Source: an uncultured virus (IMG/VR IMGVR_UViG_3300022074_000023) (lineage: Duplodnaviria; Heunggongvirae; Uroviricota; Caudoviricetes). From it: a DNA stretch of 64,000 bases. Positions 38,044-47,624 of this stretch are shown in pieces. Both the position numbers and the translations under genes were made by a program. Location: IMG/VR virus record IMGVR_UViG_3300022074_000023. The stretch is one strand, 5' to 3'. The notes below the pieces were generated by a model. The model was not told the origin of the DNA. It made no database searches and saw only the letters and a program-made list of their open reading frames with translations. Each line of letters begins with the position of its first letter. The stretch's first letter is position 1.

Positions 38044-39415
38044 AGTTGAAGTATTGATTCTTAGGAACCTTCTTTTTAATGAAGAATATCTACGTAAAGT
38101 AGTTCCATTTATTAAACCAGATTATTTTGAAGATCTTACTCAAAAAATGATCTTTGAAGAAACCTTATCATTTGTTCAAGAATATAATCAACCACCTACA
38201 AAAGAAGTTCTTTGTATTGAAGTTGAAAAACGTGATGATATAAATGATACATCATTTACCGAGGCAACTAAATTTATTAGTTATCTGGAAGATGTTCCAA
38301 CTGATTTTGATTGGTTAGTTGATACAACTGAGAAGTGGTGTAGGGATCGTGCAATTTATCTTGCATTGATGGAGTCCATTGCTCTTGCAGATGGGACTGA
38401 TGAAAAGAAAGGGCGGGATGCTATCCCAAGCATCCTTTCAGACGCTTTAGCAGTGTCTTTTGACTCCCATGTGGGTCACGATTACTTACTTGATTATGAG
38501 GCAAGGTATGAGTCATATCACCGCAAGGAAGACAAGATCGAATTCGACTTGGAGTATTTCAACAAGATTACGAAAGGTGGTCTCCCGAACAAGACACTTA
38601 ACATTGCTCTTGCTGGCACTGGTGTCGGTAAAAGTTTGTTTATGTGCCATGTGGCATCTTCCGCACTCTTGGGAGGGAAAAACGTATTATACATCACGCT
38701 TGAAATGGCTGAGGAGAAAATTGCAGAGCGAATCGATGCTAATCTTCTCAATGTACCTATCCAAGAGATAACAGAACTTCCTAAGTTAATGTTTGAAAAC
38801 AAGGTAACAAATCTTGCAAAGAAAACACAAGGTACTCTTATAATTAAGGAGTATCCTACAGCATCGGCACATAGTGGACACTTTAAATCACTTCTTAATG
38901 AACTTGCACTTAAGAAGTCATTTAGACCTGATATTATTTTCATTGATTACCTTAATATATGTGCTTCCAGCAGGTATCGCGGAAACAGCAATGTCAATTC
39001 ATATAGCTATATCAAGGCTATTGCTGAAGAACTTAGAGGACTGGCTGTCGAGGCGAACGTACCTATCGTATCTGCCACCCAGACTACCCGTTCTGGTTAT
39101 GGTAGCAGTGATGTGGAGCTTACTGATACTAGTGAGTCCTTTGGTTTGCCTGCTACTGCTGATCTTATGTTTGCCCTTATTTCAACTGAAGATCTTGAAG
39201 GACTCGGGCAAATTATGGTGAAGCAACTAAAGAATCGATATAACGATCCAACTATTTCAAAGAGGTTTGTTATTGGTATTGATCGCGCTAAGATGCGTCT
39301 TTATGATTGTGAACAGACAGCGCAAGATGATATTATTGACAAAGGTAAGGAAGAGGAGTATACTTATGAAGAATCAAAACCAAAGAAGTCTTTTGCTGGG
39401 TTTAAATTTTCATGA
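38036..39415 (+). CDS. gp41: Replicative DnaB-like helicase
   Basis: AGTGVGKS, LEMAEE, IDYLN, SESFGLPATAD, KQLKNRY. Confidence 0.96.
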   Translation: MDKVEVLILRNLLFNEEYLRKVVPFIKPDYFEDLTQKMIFEETLSFVQEYNQPPTKEVLCIEVEKRDDINDTSFTEATKFISYLEDVPTDFDWLVDTTEKWCRDRAIYLALMESIALADGTDEKKGRDAIPSILSDALAVSFDSHVGHDYLLDYEARYESYHRKEDKIEFDLEYFNKITKGGLPNKTLNIALAGTGVGKSLFMCHVASSALLGGKNVLYITLEMAEEKIAERIDANLLNVPIQEITELPKLMFENKVTNLAKKTQGTLIIKEYPTASAHSGHFKSLLNELALKKSFRPDIIFIDYLNICASSRYRGNSNVNSYSYIKAIAEELRGLAVEANVPIVSATQTTRSGYGSSDVELTDTSESFGLPATADLMFALISTEDLEGLGQIMVKQLKNRYNDPTISKRFVIGIDRAKMRLYDCEQTAQDDIIDKGKEEEYTYEESKPKKSFAGFKFS

Positions 39416-39738
39416 GAGGTTACTACTCCGTCTTTGATCCAGACGGTAAAAAGATCGCTGATTGTGGGCAAGAAAGAGATGCAGTCAATCTTATTGGATC
39501 GAGAAATCGTAGATGGGATGGACACTACTATCAGTTTAATCCTTTGCCTGGTGACATCATTGATGTTTCTGAAGGTAAGCAACTTCCTACTCGCGACATC
39601 GTAGTCAATATGGACGGTGGTGTTGGTGGTAGTTGGAAAGAAGTTGAATATATTGAAGTTAATGGTCAACGTCTAGACGTTCAACAAAAACTTCCCCAAT
39701 CCGAACAAGAACCATTTATCCCTGATTTTCATGACTAA
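39412..39738 (+). CDS. Hypothetical protein
   Basis: 108 aa, ATGA overlap. Confidence 0.6.
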   Translation: MRGYYSVFDPDGKKIADCGQERDAVNLIGSRNRRWDGHYYQFNPLPGDIIDVSEGKQLPTRDIVVNMDGGVGGSWKEVEYIEVNGQRLDVQQKLPQSEQEPFIPDFHD

Positions 39739-40138
39739 AGTTGATCCTAAAAAATATGCACAGTTTGTCAATGCAGTTACGTCGCAACCGTCGAAAGATA
39801 ATGAAGCATTCATCTATCGTCTTCAAGAACTTCAAGGTCAAGGATTTCCTTCCGAGCGACTGCTTACTGCTGCTGTAGGAATGTCTGCTGAGGCAGGTGA
39901 GTTTACTGAGGTTGTCAAAAAGATTGTCTTCCAAGGCAAACCTGTCAATGAAGAAAACTTGTTTCACTTGAAGCGTGAACTTGGTGATATTATGTGGTAT
40001 GTCATGCAAGCATGTATGGGTCTTGAGATTTGTCTTGATGAAGTCATTGAGATGAATGTTGATAAACTCAAAGCACGTTATCCTGGCGGTGAGTTCGATG
40101 TTCATTATTCTGAAAATCGTAAAGAAGGTGATTTGTGA
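39731..40138 (+). CDS. mazG: MazG nucleotide pyrophosphohydrolase
   Basis: GMSAEAGEFTEVVKK, ELGDIMWY, NVDKLKARYP. Confidence 0.92.
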   Translation: MTKVDPKKYAQFVNAVTSQPSKDNEAFIYRLQELQGQGFPSERLLTAAVGMSAEAGEFTEVVKKIVFQGKPVNEENLFHLKRELGDIMWYVMQACMGLEICLDEVIEMNVDKLKARYPGGEFDVHYSENRKEGDL

Positions 40139-40746
40139 ATACTAACTATCAAATAGCACCTTTTTTTGCAGAACCTTTTTTTGTTGTACCTGACTTTCTT
40201 GACCACGATCTAAGACAAATTTTAATTAGAAAAGTTAAAAAGTTTTCTAAAAAGTGGGAGGGGGAAGGAAAAAAGGTATGGGCTTCTACAACTAGATCCC
40301 CATCAAATAGTTTCCTTCTTGATCATGAATTTGAAAAAGTAGAACAATTTCGTAAACTTCTGAATTTAGTTCACGATAACGTGCAAATTTTTGGAGAAAA
40401 ACTTGGAGTAACCGAATATAAATTTAAATGCATTAGTGCATGGTATAATTCATATACAAAATATCAATTTCAAGAGTTTCATACACACCCTAACAATTAC
40501 TTTAGTGCAATTTATTTTTGTGATATTCCTGAAGGAGCTTCACCTATTATTTTTACTGACTTTGCAAAAATGGGAACTATGTTACCACATATGGATTTTA
40601 CCAAAACTCCAGAATTCTTTAAATATTCATCAACTATTGAATTTCCATCAAATACCTTACTCATTTTTAGATCACACCTTGCACATAGTGTTCCTTTTGG
40701 AAAAAATGAAGAGGAACGAATTACATTTTCATTTAACTTTACATAA
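40135..40746 (+). CDS. 2OG-Fe(II) oxygenase-like protein
   Basis: QEFHTHPNNYFSAIYF, LLIFRSHLAHSV, RITFSFN. Confidence 0.82.
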   Translation: MNTNYQIAPFFAEPFFVVPDFLDHDLRQILIRKVKKFSKKWEGEGKKVWASTTRSPSNSFLLDHEFEKVEQFRKLLNLVHDNVQIFGEKLGVTEYKFKCISAWYNSYTKYQFQEFHTHPNNYFSAIYFCDIPEGASPIIFTDFAKMGTMLPHMDFTKTPEFFKYSSTIEFPSNTLLIFRSHLAHSVPFGKNEEERITFSFNFT

Positions 40747-40749
40747 ATT

Positions 40750-40962
40750 ATGGAAACTAATAACGAACCTATTCAAATTAAACTTGAACTTGGTCTGCAC
40801 AATGCTGCAGCAATTCGTCATGTTTTATTCAAAGAACAAGAAAGATATACTTATGATCCCAAAAGCGTCCCTTCACGGATCACTTTTATCCGTGAAGTGA
40901 TTGCTGATCTTGATAACAAAATTGATGAGGTACTAAGAAATGAAACTACTAACGTTGGATGA
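40750..40962 (+). CDS. Hypothetical protein
   Basis: 70-aa ORF in operon. Confidence 0.6.
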   Translation: METNNEPIQIKLELGLHNAAAIRHVLFKEQERYTYDPKSVPSRITFIREVIADLDNKIDEVLRNETTNVG

Positions 40963-41155
40963 TTACAAAAAAGCAGGAGAAACTTTCTGGCCTAAGTATT
41001 GGTATGTAGCCCAAGAACTTGGTGAAAACGCAAAACCAGAAGAAGTTTTGAAAGTAATGGAAGCAGTAGGTGGTTTAGCACTTAAGTTTGCATTAGATGA
41101 AAAAGAAGGACCTTTTGGGTTTAATAAGAAAACGGAGGATGAATCTGATGACTAA
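40940..41155 (+). CDS. Hypothetical protein
   Basis: MKLLTLDDYKKAGETFWPKYWYVAQELGE. Confidence 0.6.
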   Translation: MKLLTLDDYKKAGETFWPKYWYVAQELGENAKPEEVLKVMEAVGGLALKFALDEKEGPFGFNKKTEDESDD

Positions 41156-41294
41156 AAAAACTTATACTGGTAAAGGTGGTCAAACTTGGGAGTGGGAAGA
41201 AACTCCGGAAACTATTCAAGCACTAAAGAAACTTCATGAATCATCAAAACGAGTCCAAGATCTCCGATACAACAAACCAAAAAGAGCATCCTGA
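41148..41294 (+). CDS. Hypothetical protein
   Basis: MTKKTYTGKGGQTWEWEETPE. Confidence 0.5.
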   Translation: MTKKTYTGKGGQTWEWEETPETIQALKKLHESSKRVQDLRYNKPKRAS

Positions 41295-41514
41295 AATTGT
41301 AGAAGTAGATTGGATTGATGATGCTTTCCATATTGAAAAAACCAGATTTGGTTTATATAGAAGTATTAAAAAGAATGGTGATGGATTTCTAACTGGTGCA
41401 ACATATGATGGAGTGTTGCAAATGAGTCGCTGGCATCTTAAATGTGAGCAAGAAGGAACTTTAGATGACTATACTAGAGTTGTTGGAAGTGCAATTTTAG
41501 ATGGAAAACTCTAA
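41236..41514 (+). CDS. Hypothetical protein
   Basis: WIDDAFHIEKTRFG...RWHLKCEQEG. Confidence 0.6.
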   Translation: MNHQNESKISDTTNQKEHPEIVEVDWIDDAFHIEKTRFGLYRSIKKNGDGFLTGATYDGVLQMSRWHLKCEQEGTLDDYTRVVGSAILDGKL

Positions 41515-41671
41515 TATCAATCCAGTAGATATCCTCAGGTTACTTAGTGAACTTGAGGGTTCTTCTACACTATTAAAACAAATGGGTTTTGTGGAAGAAA
41601 TGGAAATGATTAATCTCATGAAAAAGAGATTTTATAAAATGTATTTCCAACTTAAGAAATCGGGGTTATAG
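41501..41671 (+). CDS. Small hypothetical protein (56 aa) ending inside tRNA-Ala
   Basis: MENSNINPVDILRLLSELEGS...KKSGL*; TAG at 41669-41671. Confidence 0.55.
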   Translation: MENSNINPVDILRLLSELEGSSTLLKQMGFVEEMEMINLMKKRFYKMYFQLKKSGL

Positions 41672-41734
41672 CTCAATTGGTAGAGCGCCTGCTTTGCACG
41701 CAGGAGGTTTGGGGTTCGAGTCCCCATAACTCCA
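41662..41734 (+). tRNA. tRNA-Ala(TGC)
   Basis: Acceptor GGGGTTA/TAACTCC with G3:U70; anticodon arm CCTGC-TTTGCAC-GCAGG; TTCGAGT T-loop. Confidence 0.95.
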
Positions 41735-41753
41735 TAAATATTTAAAAAAAGTA

Positions 41754-42848
41754 ATGGTAGATCTTCCATATTTGTCTGGCGGAGAACAGACCACTATTAA
41801 TTCTACAATAACAGAACTTTTTCCTGCACTTGCTTTTAATTCTGGAGTTCATCCTAAAACTGCAGATGAATTAGAAGAATTTATTCAAGGTCTTGATTTG
41901 AAATCTAATGGTGCAAAAAAATCTTTTGTAAATGATGGCAATATAGAGTCTGCTAAAGAATACATTACACAGATGGCAAGGATTAGACCTGCCATGAGGA
42001 AAACTAAATTAGAAAATGCTGTAGGAATATTAAATTGGATTTATGAATATAATCATCAGAGGGAAATAGAAAAAGTTGTTTGGGGATATAGAGAAAAACC
42101 TTCAGGTGTTCCTGCCAATCATGCGGGGGATATTTTTATAATGTTTAAGAATAAACAAGTTGCTCCTAAAATCATGGGCATCAGTCTTAAAGCAGGAACA
42201 TCAAAATCTAAAGAACCAAAACTTAATTCATATGTTGGGTCAACCATGAGAAAACCTGCATGGAAGAAAAAGTATCCAAGAGCAGTTGAGCAACTTAAGG
42301 ATGAATTGTGGACAGAAGTTTATTCTCACATCCCTAATCTTCCAAAATCAGTTACCAAAAGTAATTATCTCACTCTGTCTGCAAATAGACAAACGCCAAA
42401 TAAAATCCTTAAAGAAAAAATGCTTGACATGTTCAAGTACGATAACATAATGTTTGAAGCACTCTACTCTAGGATGAATAAAATCTGTAGAGAAAAATTA
42501 ATTTCGATGATTAATGGTGATGTAAACGCAACTAAAGAATGGATTGAGGATGAATTTAGATTAGAAAAGAAAGATGTTGAAGTTCCAATGATGCTTGTAA
42601 AAGCAATCGGAACTAGTGCTCAATCAAGTGCTACTGATCCGTTGAGAGAATTTTTACCTGCAGTACAATCAGTAAAAGCTTATTTAAAAACAGGGTCAGT
42701 TCAGGAATGGTTTATTGATTTAAAGGGAAGTAATAATAAGACAATGACTTTGACGATGACTATTAGAAGCGACTCTGAATATAGAGAAGCGAAGCAGAAA
42801 GGTAAATTGGGAGCATTTACCATGCTTAAATTATTGTACCGAGGATAA
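41754..42848 (+). CDS. Hypothetical protein, possible PD-(D/E)xK nuclease fold
   Basis: E near N-terminus and GDIFI...GISLK motif; CATAAATA upstream. Confidence 0.55.
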   Translation: MVDLPYLSGGEQTTINSTITELFPALAFNSGVHPKTADELEEFIQGLDLKSNGAKKSFVNDGNIESAKEYITQMARIRPAMRKTKLENAVGILNWIYEYNHQREIEKVVWGYREKPSGVPANHAGDIFIMFKNKQVAPKIMGISLKAGTSKSKEPKLNSYVGSTMRKPAWKKKYPRAVEQLKDELWTEVYSHIPNLPKSVTKSNYLTLSANRQTPNKILKEKMLDMFKYDNIMFEALYSRMNKICREKLISMINGDVNATKEWIEDEFRLEKKDVEVPMMLVKAIGTSAQSSATDPLREFLPAVQSVKAYLKTGSVQEWFIDLKGSNNKTMTLTMTIRSDSEYREAKQKGKLGAFTMLKLLYRG

Positions 42849-42885
42849 TAAACGCTAAATAAATGTATAGGAAAAAACAATATAG

Positions 42886-44106
42886 ATGAAAAGTTTCTTT
42901 CAATTTTTGACAGAGGCAGAATCGCAGGCATCAATGCAGGCGAGAAAACTGAATCTGAAAAGTGATGGTCACGGTGGTTGGGTAGACTCCCGTGGAGAAT
43001 TTGTGGCGAAAACTGAAGGTGGCAAACTTGTATTCTATGATAATGGAAGAAAGGTAGGAGAGAAAGATACCCCAAGTAAAACTAAAACTAGTGCAGTTGC
43101 TGCAGCACCAAAAGATAAAAAGGCAACAGCACAAGAACCAACAAAAACAAAGAAAGCAGACGCTGCACCTGAAGATGAGTCTGGTGAAGCAAGTAATACT
43201 TTGACAGTTGCATTTGGTCGCTTCAATCCACCAACTGTTGGGCACGAAAAACTTCTTAAGGCAGTTGAGAAAGCGGCAACTGGTGGTGACTTTAAAATAT
43301 ATCCATCAAGAACGCAGGATCCTAAGAAAAATCCTCTTGATCCTGATATGAAGATTTCATTCATGAAAAAAATGTTCCCTGATTATGCAGATAACATTGT
43401 GAATGATGATGAAATGAAATCAATTTTTGATGTTTTAATCACTGCTGATGCAGAAGATTATGCTAATGTCAATATTATAGTTGGATCTGATCGTCAATCT
43501 GAATTTGAAAATCTTGCACAGAAATATAATGGAGAACTTTATAACTTTGATTTAATCCGTGTGATCTCTGCCGGTGCAAGAGATGCTGATGCAGAAGGTG
43601 TTGAAGGTATGTCAGCATCTAAGATGAGAAAGGCGGTTATGGATGATGACTTTGATTCATTCCGTAAAGGAACACCTAAGTCACTGAAAGATGTGGAAGC
43701 AAAGTCTTTGTTTGATGCAGTAAAATCTGGAATGGGTGTAAAGAAAAAGAAAGTAACTGAAATGTGGCAGGTTGCACCTAAATTTGATCCGCGTGGACTT
43801 CGTGAAAATTATGTTGGTGGTAAGATTTTTAATCTTGGGGATGTTGTAGAGAACGTAAATACTGGTTTAGTAGGAAAAATTATTAGACGAGGAACCAATC
43901 ATTTGATCTGTGTGACAGAAGAAGATCATATGTTCAAATGTTGGATTCACGATGTAATGGAAGCGATTGTAAATTACCCTGGTCCATCTGGTGTTCCTGC
44001 AAACCAAAGAGAAGTTGGAACTGATGCTCATCGTGAATATGTAATGAGGATTACAGGAGTAAAAGAAATTAGGAACTTCATAAATAAGTATAAGGCTAAA
44101 AAGTAA
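42886..44106 (+). CDS. HxGH-superfamily nucleotidyltransferase (cyanophage 'cytidyltransferase')
   Basis: FGRFNPPTVGHEKL, VGSDR, MSASKMR. Confidence 0.85.
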   Translation: MKSFFQFLTEAESQASMQARKLNLKSDGHGGWVDSRGEFVAKTEGGKLVFYDNGRKVGEKDTPSKTKTSAVAAAPKDKKATAQEPTKTKKADAAPEDESGEASNTLTVAFGRFNPPTVGHEKLLKAVEKAATGGDFKIYPSRTQDPKKNPLDPDMKISFMKKMFPDYADNIVNDDEMKSIFDVLITADAEDYANVNIIVGSDRQSEFENLAQKYNGELYNFDLIRVISAGARDADAEGVEGMSASKMRKAVMDDDFDSFRKGTPKSLKDVEAKSLFDAVKSGMGVKKKKVTEMWQVAPKFDPRGLRENYVGGKIFNLGDVVENVNTGLVGKIIRRGTNHLICVTEEDHMFKCWIHDVMEAIVNYPGPSGVPANQREVGTDAHREYVMRITGVKEIRNFINKYKAKK

Positions 44107-44119
44107 AGCATTTATACTA

Positions 44120-45328
44120 ATGACCCATCTTAACGACCTTTCTAAGATCTATAAAGAAAGTATTGCAGAATCTGCTGTTCCTGGTAAACCTGCGGAAAAA
44201 CTGGGTGCTGTAACTGGTATTCCAAAGGCAGATCAAATGTCTGCTGCTGAGCGTATTAAGAAAAAGACTGCAGAGAAGAAAGCAGCACTTGAGAAGAAGC
44301 ATGGTAAGAAAATGGATGATCATCCTGAGTATCCAAATAAAAAACATGTTGATGAAGCACGTCTTGACCCTGTAGGACAGGAAGATGATGATGTTGATAA
44401 CGACGGTAAGAAGAATACTAAGTCAGATAAGTATCTGAAGAATCGTCGTAAGGCAATTGCTAAAGCAATGGATGAGGGTAAGAATGATCCTTGTTGGGAT
44501 ACTCATAAGCAAGTTGGTATGAAGAAGAAGGGTGGTAGAATGGTTCCTAATTGTGTTCCCAAAGAGTCATTCTCAAACTGGAGACAGGATCTGTCTGAAG
44601 TTATAGTTGATAAGAAAGAAGATCCAAAAATTGCTGAGAAAAAAATCAGTAATACAATTAAGATTAATCCTAAACTGGGAGAAGCAATAGAAGAAATTGG
44701 TGGAACTTTATTAGAAGCAATTGAAATTGATGAGATTGATGTAGTAATTGAGTCTGTATATGAAGAACTCATTGCAGAAGGTTATAGTGAAGATGAAGTT
44801 GAGAATGGAATTGAGACTGCTTTGATTTCTATTGATGATGAAATTGTTTTGAAGGAATTTGAAGCACCAACTGTCAAAAATAAAAAGTCTATGAAGGATA
44901 GATTAAAGGGTGCAGCAAGATCAGCAATTGTTGGTGTTGGTAAAGCTGCTGCTTCTGTGATGAAAGCAAAAAGAAGTGCTGAAGAAAAACCCGGAAAAGT
45001 AAAAGCAAAAGTAGTATCGTTAGCAAAACGTGTAAAGGATGCTGCTAAACAGGGTTATGAAGAAGGTGGCGGACCTAAGAAGAGCACTTCTTATAGAGGT
45101 GCTGGCGCAGGACGTAAAGAGAAAATTGGTGAAGCAACTGAAGATTCTCTAAGAGATCGTCGTATGGAGCGTGGTGGTGTTGACGGTAATGTCAGATATG
45201 ATAAAGCACCTAAGGTCACTCCTGGTTCTAAGAAAAAGTATGATGGAATGTCAGCCCTTGATTATGTGAAAGCAGAGATTCGTGCTAAACATGGTAAAGG
45301 TGCCATCATGGACACCAAGAAAAAGTGA
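44120..45328 (+). CDS. Modular K/E-rich late protein, probable head/internal protein
   Basis: Short modules LDPVGQEDDDVDNDG, PCWDTHKQVGMKKKGGRMVPNCVP, ESFSNWRQDL. Confidence 0.65.
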   Translation: MTHLNDLSKIYKESIAESAVPGKPAEKLGAVTGIPKADQMSAAERIKKKTAEKKAALEKKHGKKMDDHPEYPNKKHVDEARLDPVGQEDDDVDNDGKKNTKSDKYLKNRRKAIAKAMDEGKNDPCWDTHKQVGMKKKGGRMVPNCVPKESFSNWRQDLSEVIVDKKEDPKIAEKKISNTIKINPKLGEAIEEIGGTLLEAIEIDEIDVVIESVYEELIAEGYSEDEVENGIETALISIDDEIVLKEFEAPTVKNKKSMKDRLKGAARSAIVGVGKAAASVMKAKRSAEEKPGKVKAKVVSLAKRVKDAAKQGYEEGGGPKKSTSYRGAGAGRKEKIGEATEDSLRDRRMERGGVDGNVRYDKAPKVTPGSKKKYDGMSALDYVKAEIRAKHGKGAIMDTKKK

Positions 45329-45329
45329 C

Positions 45330-45794
45330 ATGCCAGCAGTCTCCAAAGCCCAACAAAGGTTCTTCGGGATGGTTAGAGCGACTCAGAAAGGGGAAATGGA
45401 AAATCCCTCGCCTGAGGTTGCCAAAGTTGCTGCCACCGCCAAGCGTTCCGACGTGAAGAAGTTTGCTTCTACGAAGCATGATAAACTTCCTGAAAAGAAA
45501 GAACAGCAAGAGGCAAAAAATTATTCCCAGAGGGATAAAATTATGAAGAGGGCAAAACCTCTTCATAAACATCTTTATAGTACACTTCATAAAAAAGACA
45601 TGACTGGAGATGTGAACGAAGTAACAAAGTATGATAGGTATGATAAAGAGAAGAAGCAGTTTTCTAAAGCAGACAACCGAATGAAGTTCGGCAAGTTTTA
45701 TGATAAAGCAAAAGAAGCGAAGACCCGCCTTCGTCCTGGTGAAATAAAGAAATGGGATCCAGTACAGAAAAAATACGTTTCTAATAAGGATTGA
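45330..45794 (+). CDS. Basic hypothetical late protein
   Basis: MPAVSKAQQRFFGMVRA...KKFASTKHDKLPEKK. Confidence 0.65.
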   Translation: MPAVSKAQQRFFGMVRATQKGEMENPSPEVAKVAATAKRSDVKKFASTKHDKLPEKKEQQEAKNYSQRDKIMKRAKPLHKHLYSTLHKKDMTGDVNEVTKYDRYDKEKKQFSKADNRMKFGKFYDKAKEAKTRLRPGEIKKWDPVQKKYVSNKD

Positions 45795-45826
45795 CGATAT
45801 ATAGTGTGTAGATTTGAGGTTTCATC

Positions 45827-46036
45827 ATGTTCGCATTTTTACTTCCATTAGCGTCAAAAATTATCTCCGATGCGGTTTCCAAAATTCCAGAAAACGAAGA
45901 ACTCGGTGAGAAGTTGGTTGAGATCTGTCTTGTTATCTTGGGTAAAGCGGTTAAGCTAACCAAGACTGATATGGATGATCAACTATTAGAAGTCGTCAAG
46001 AAGGCGATGGTAACAAGAGAAGAAGCAGCTGAATAA
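45827..46036 (+). CDS. Hypothetical protein
   Basis: 69 aa; GAGG RBS upstream. Confidence 0.6.
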   Translation: MFAFLLPLASKIISDAVSKIPENEELGEKLVEICLVILGKAVKLTKTDMDDQLLEVVKKAMVTREEAAE

Positions 46037-46038
46037 TA

Positions 46039-46079
46039 AAAAGGAGACCTAAAAGATAAGGTCTCCTTTTTTATAAATA
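46039..46079 (+). terminator. Intrinsic terminator followed directly by late promoter TATAAATA
   Basis: AAAAGGAGACCT/AGGTCTCCTTTT; TATAAATA at 46072. Confidence 0.8.
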
Positions 46080-46111
46080 TCTTATAGCAAATAAATTTTA
46101 CAGGAAAAGAC

Positions 46112-46639
46112 ATGGCACTCTGGGGAAATAACGATGCCGTTGGATCAGGTGGTACAGTATCATTAAATTATACTACCCGTGTTGTAACCGGAACCGGTAC
46201 AACCTTTGGTCAAACTGGCGCAGCACAAGAAGGTGACGTAATTAGATTTGGTGCCCGTGGTGGTGGCGGTACTTATTTTGGAGATGCAGTCATCGTTTCT
46301 GTCGCTGGAACTCAATCTCTGACTGTTGATTCTACTGCAGGTCTTACTGGTGGTGCTATTTCTGGCGCTGCATTTAAGGTAACTCAATGTCCTAAATCCA
46401 CTGTTCTGAACCCACATTACAGTGAAGCAAATGGCGATTATGATGCTCTTGCATATGGAGTATCTGCAAATGTAACTGGTTCATATCATCTTGATCACGA
46501 AGGTTGGGTTGGTGTTACCACTTATATGGGAACAGAGGGTGAACTCAGAGTCAAGAAAGAAGTTCTTGTTGCAATGTCTGGTATTACCACTGCGACGAAT
46601 GGATTTGCTGAGGCAATTCAATATCCAACTGATGCCTGA
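46112..46639 (+). CDS. Probable virion structural protein
   Basis: MALWGNND, G/T-rich, HEGWVGVTTY...RVKKEVLVAMSGI; late promoter. Confidence 0.65.
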   Translation: MALWGNNDAVGSGGTVSLNYTTRVVTGTGTTFGQTGAAQEGDVIRFGARGGGGTYFGDAVIVSVAGTQSLTVDSTAGLTGGAISGAAFKVTQCPKSTVLNPHYSEANGDYDALAYGVSANVTGSYHLDHEGWVGVTTYMGTEGELRVKKEVLVAMSGITTATNGFAEAIQYPTDA

Positions 46640-46650
46640 TATAAATTGAT

Positions 46651-47034
46651 ATGATTTTTAGTGAATTGAATGAGGATAATTTTCTTTTGTTTGCGATAAA
46701 AAATTATGAGAATCCGCAAGCAGTTACAAAAGAAGATTTTGAAAAAGACTTAAATTATTTTAAGTATATTAAAAGATTACTGAAGAGATATAGAAATACG
46801 GGTGAATTGAAATCCCAACTTATCCTCAATCACTTCATCGTCCTTTATAATATATTTGGAGAAGCCACAACTCCAATGTTATTTTTCAAAATAGAAAGAG
46901 AGTTGTGGTCGGTTATGAAAACTTTTATAATTTTCTTGAATAAATTGCCAGAGTATCCACATTGCTATATTCATGAAATTGAAATAGATGACGATTGTTT
47001 AGAAAAACTTCAGCAAACTTACGATGTCAAATAG
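46651..47034 (+). CDS. Conserved T4-like hypothetical protein
   Basis: NFLLFAIKNYENPQ...FKYIKRL...LILNHFIVLYNIFG. Confidence 0.7.
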   Translation: MIFSELNEDNFLLFAIKNYENPQAVTKEDFEKDLNYFKYIKRLLKRYRNTGELKSQLILNHFIVLYNIFGEATTPMLFFKIERELWSVMKTFIIFLNKLPEYPHCYIHEIEIDDDCLEKLQQTYDVK

Positions 47035-47239
47035 TAAGATTGATAAAATTATACAAATAATTCGGGAGAACATGGTTGCTAATGCACCAGGGACTCAAGG
47101 TGGATTTAGTGATTCATCACCTGCTGAAGGACCAACTGCTGGAACATCTGGCAGGAAGAAGAAAAGGAAATATATGAAAGGTCCTGGACGAAAAGTTTGG
47201 TTAGACCATTTACGATCCTCCAATGGCAGAGCAAATTAA
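47024..47239 (+). CDS. Hypothetical protein
   Basis: 71 aa, overlaps both neighbours. Confidence 0.55.
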   Translation: MSNSKIDKIIQIIRENMVANAPGTQGGFSDSSPAEGPTAGTSGRKKKRKYMKGPGRKVWLDHLRSSNGRAN

Positions 47240-47624
47240 GGTTGCAGTTCTAGAAGAAAGATTACAAAACTTTGAGGCACTTGTCACGAAGTTAGATTCT
47301 GCTATTGAAAAAATTGCTGAGGTAAATAATAATGTGTCTAGGATGCTTGCCGTCCATGAAGAAAAAATATCCAAACAAGAAGAAATCGACTCAGTGTTGT
47401 TTGATAAAATCGACAAACTGCGTGATAAAATGGACAGCGATCATGACAACGTTACTAAACGATTATCATTATTGGAACGGAAACTTTGGGTTGGTCTCGG
47501 AATACTGGGAGCAGTTATAGCATTTTCTAACCCACAAGCAATTAAAACTTTAAAACCCTTGTTATCTGCTGCTGATAGTGCTATAGTATCCCCAGCAGTT
47601 GCTTTTGTGAATGGATCATATTGA
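47223..47624 (+). CDS. Coiled-coil protein with C-terminal hydrophobic segment
   Basis: SRMLAVHEEKI...LERKLWVGLGILGAVIAF. Confidence 0.65.
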   Translation: MAEQIKVAVLEERLQNFEALVTKLDSAIEKIAEVNNNVSRMLAVHEEKISKQEEIDSVLFDKIDKLRDKMDSDHDNVTKRLSLLERKLWVGLGILGAVIAFSNPQAIKTLKPLLSAADSAIVSPAVAFVNGSY

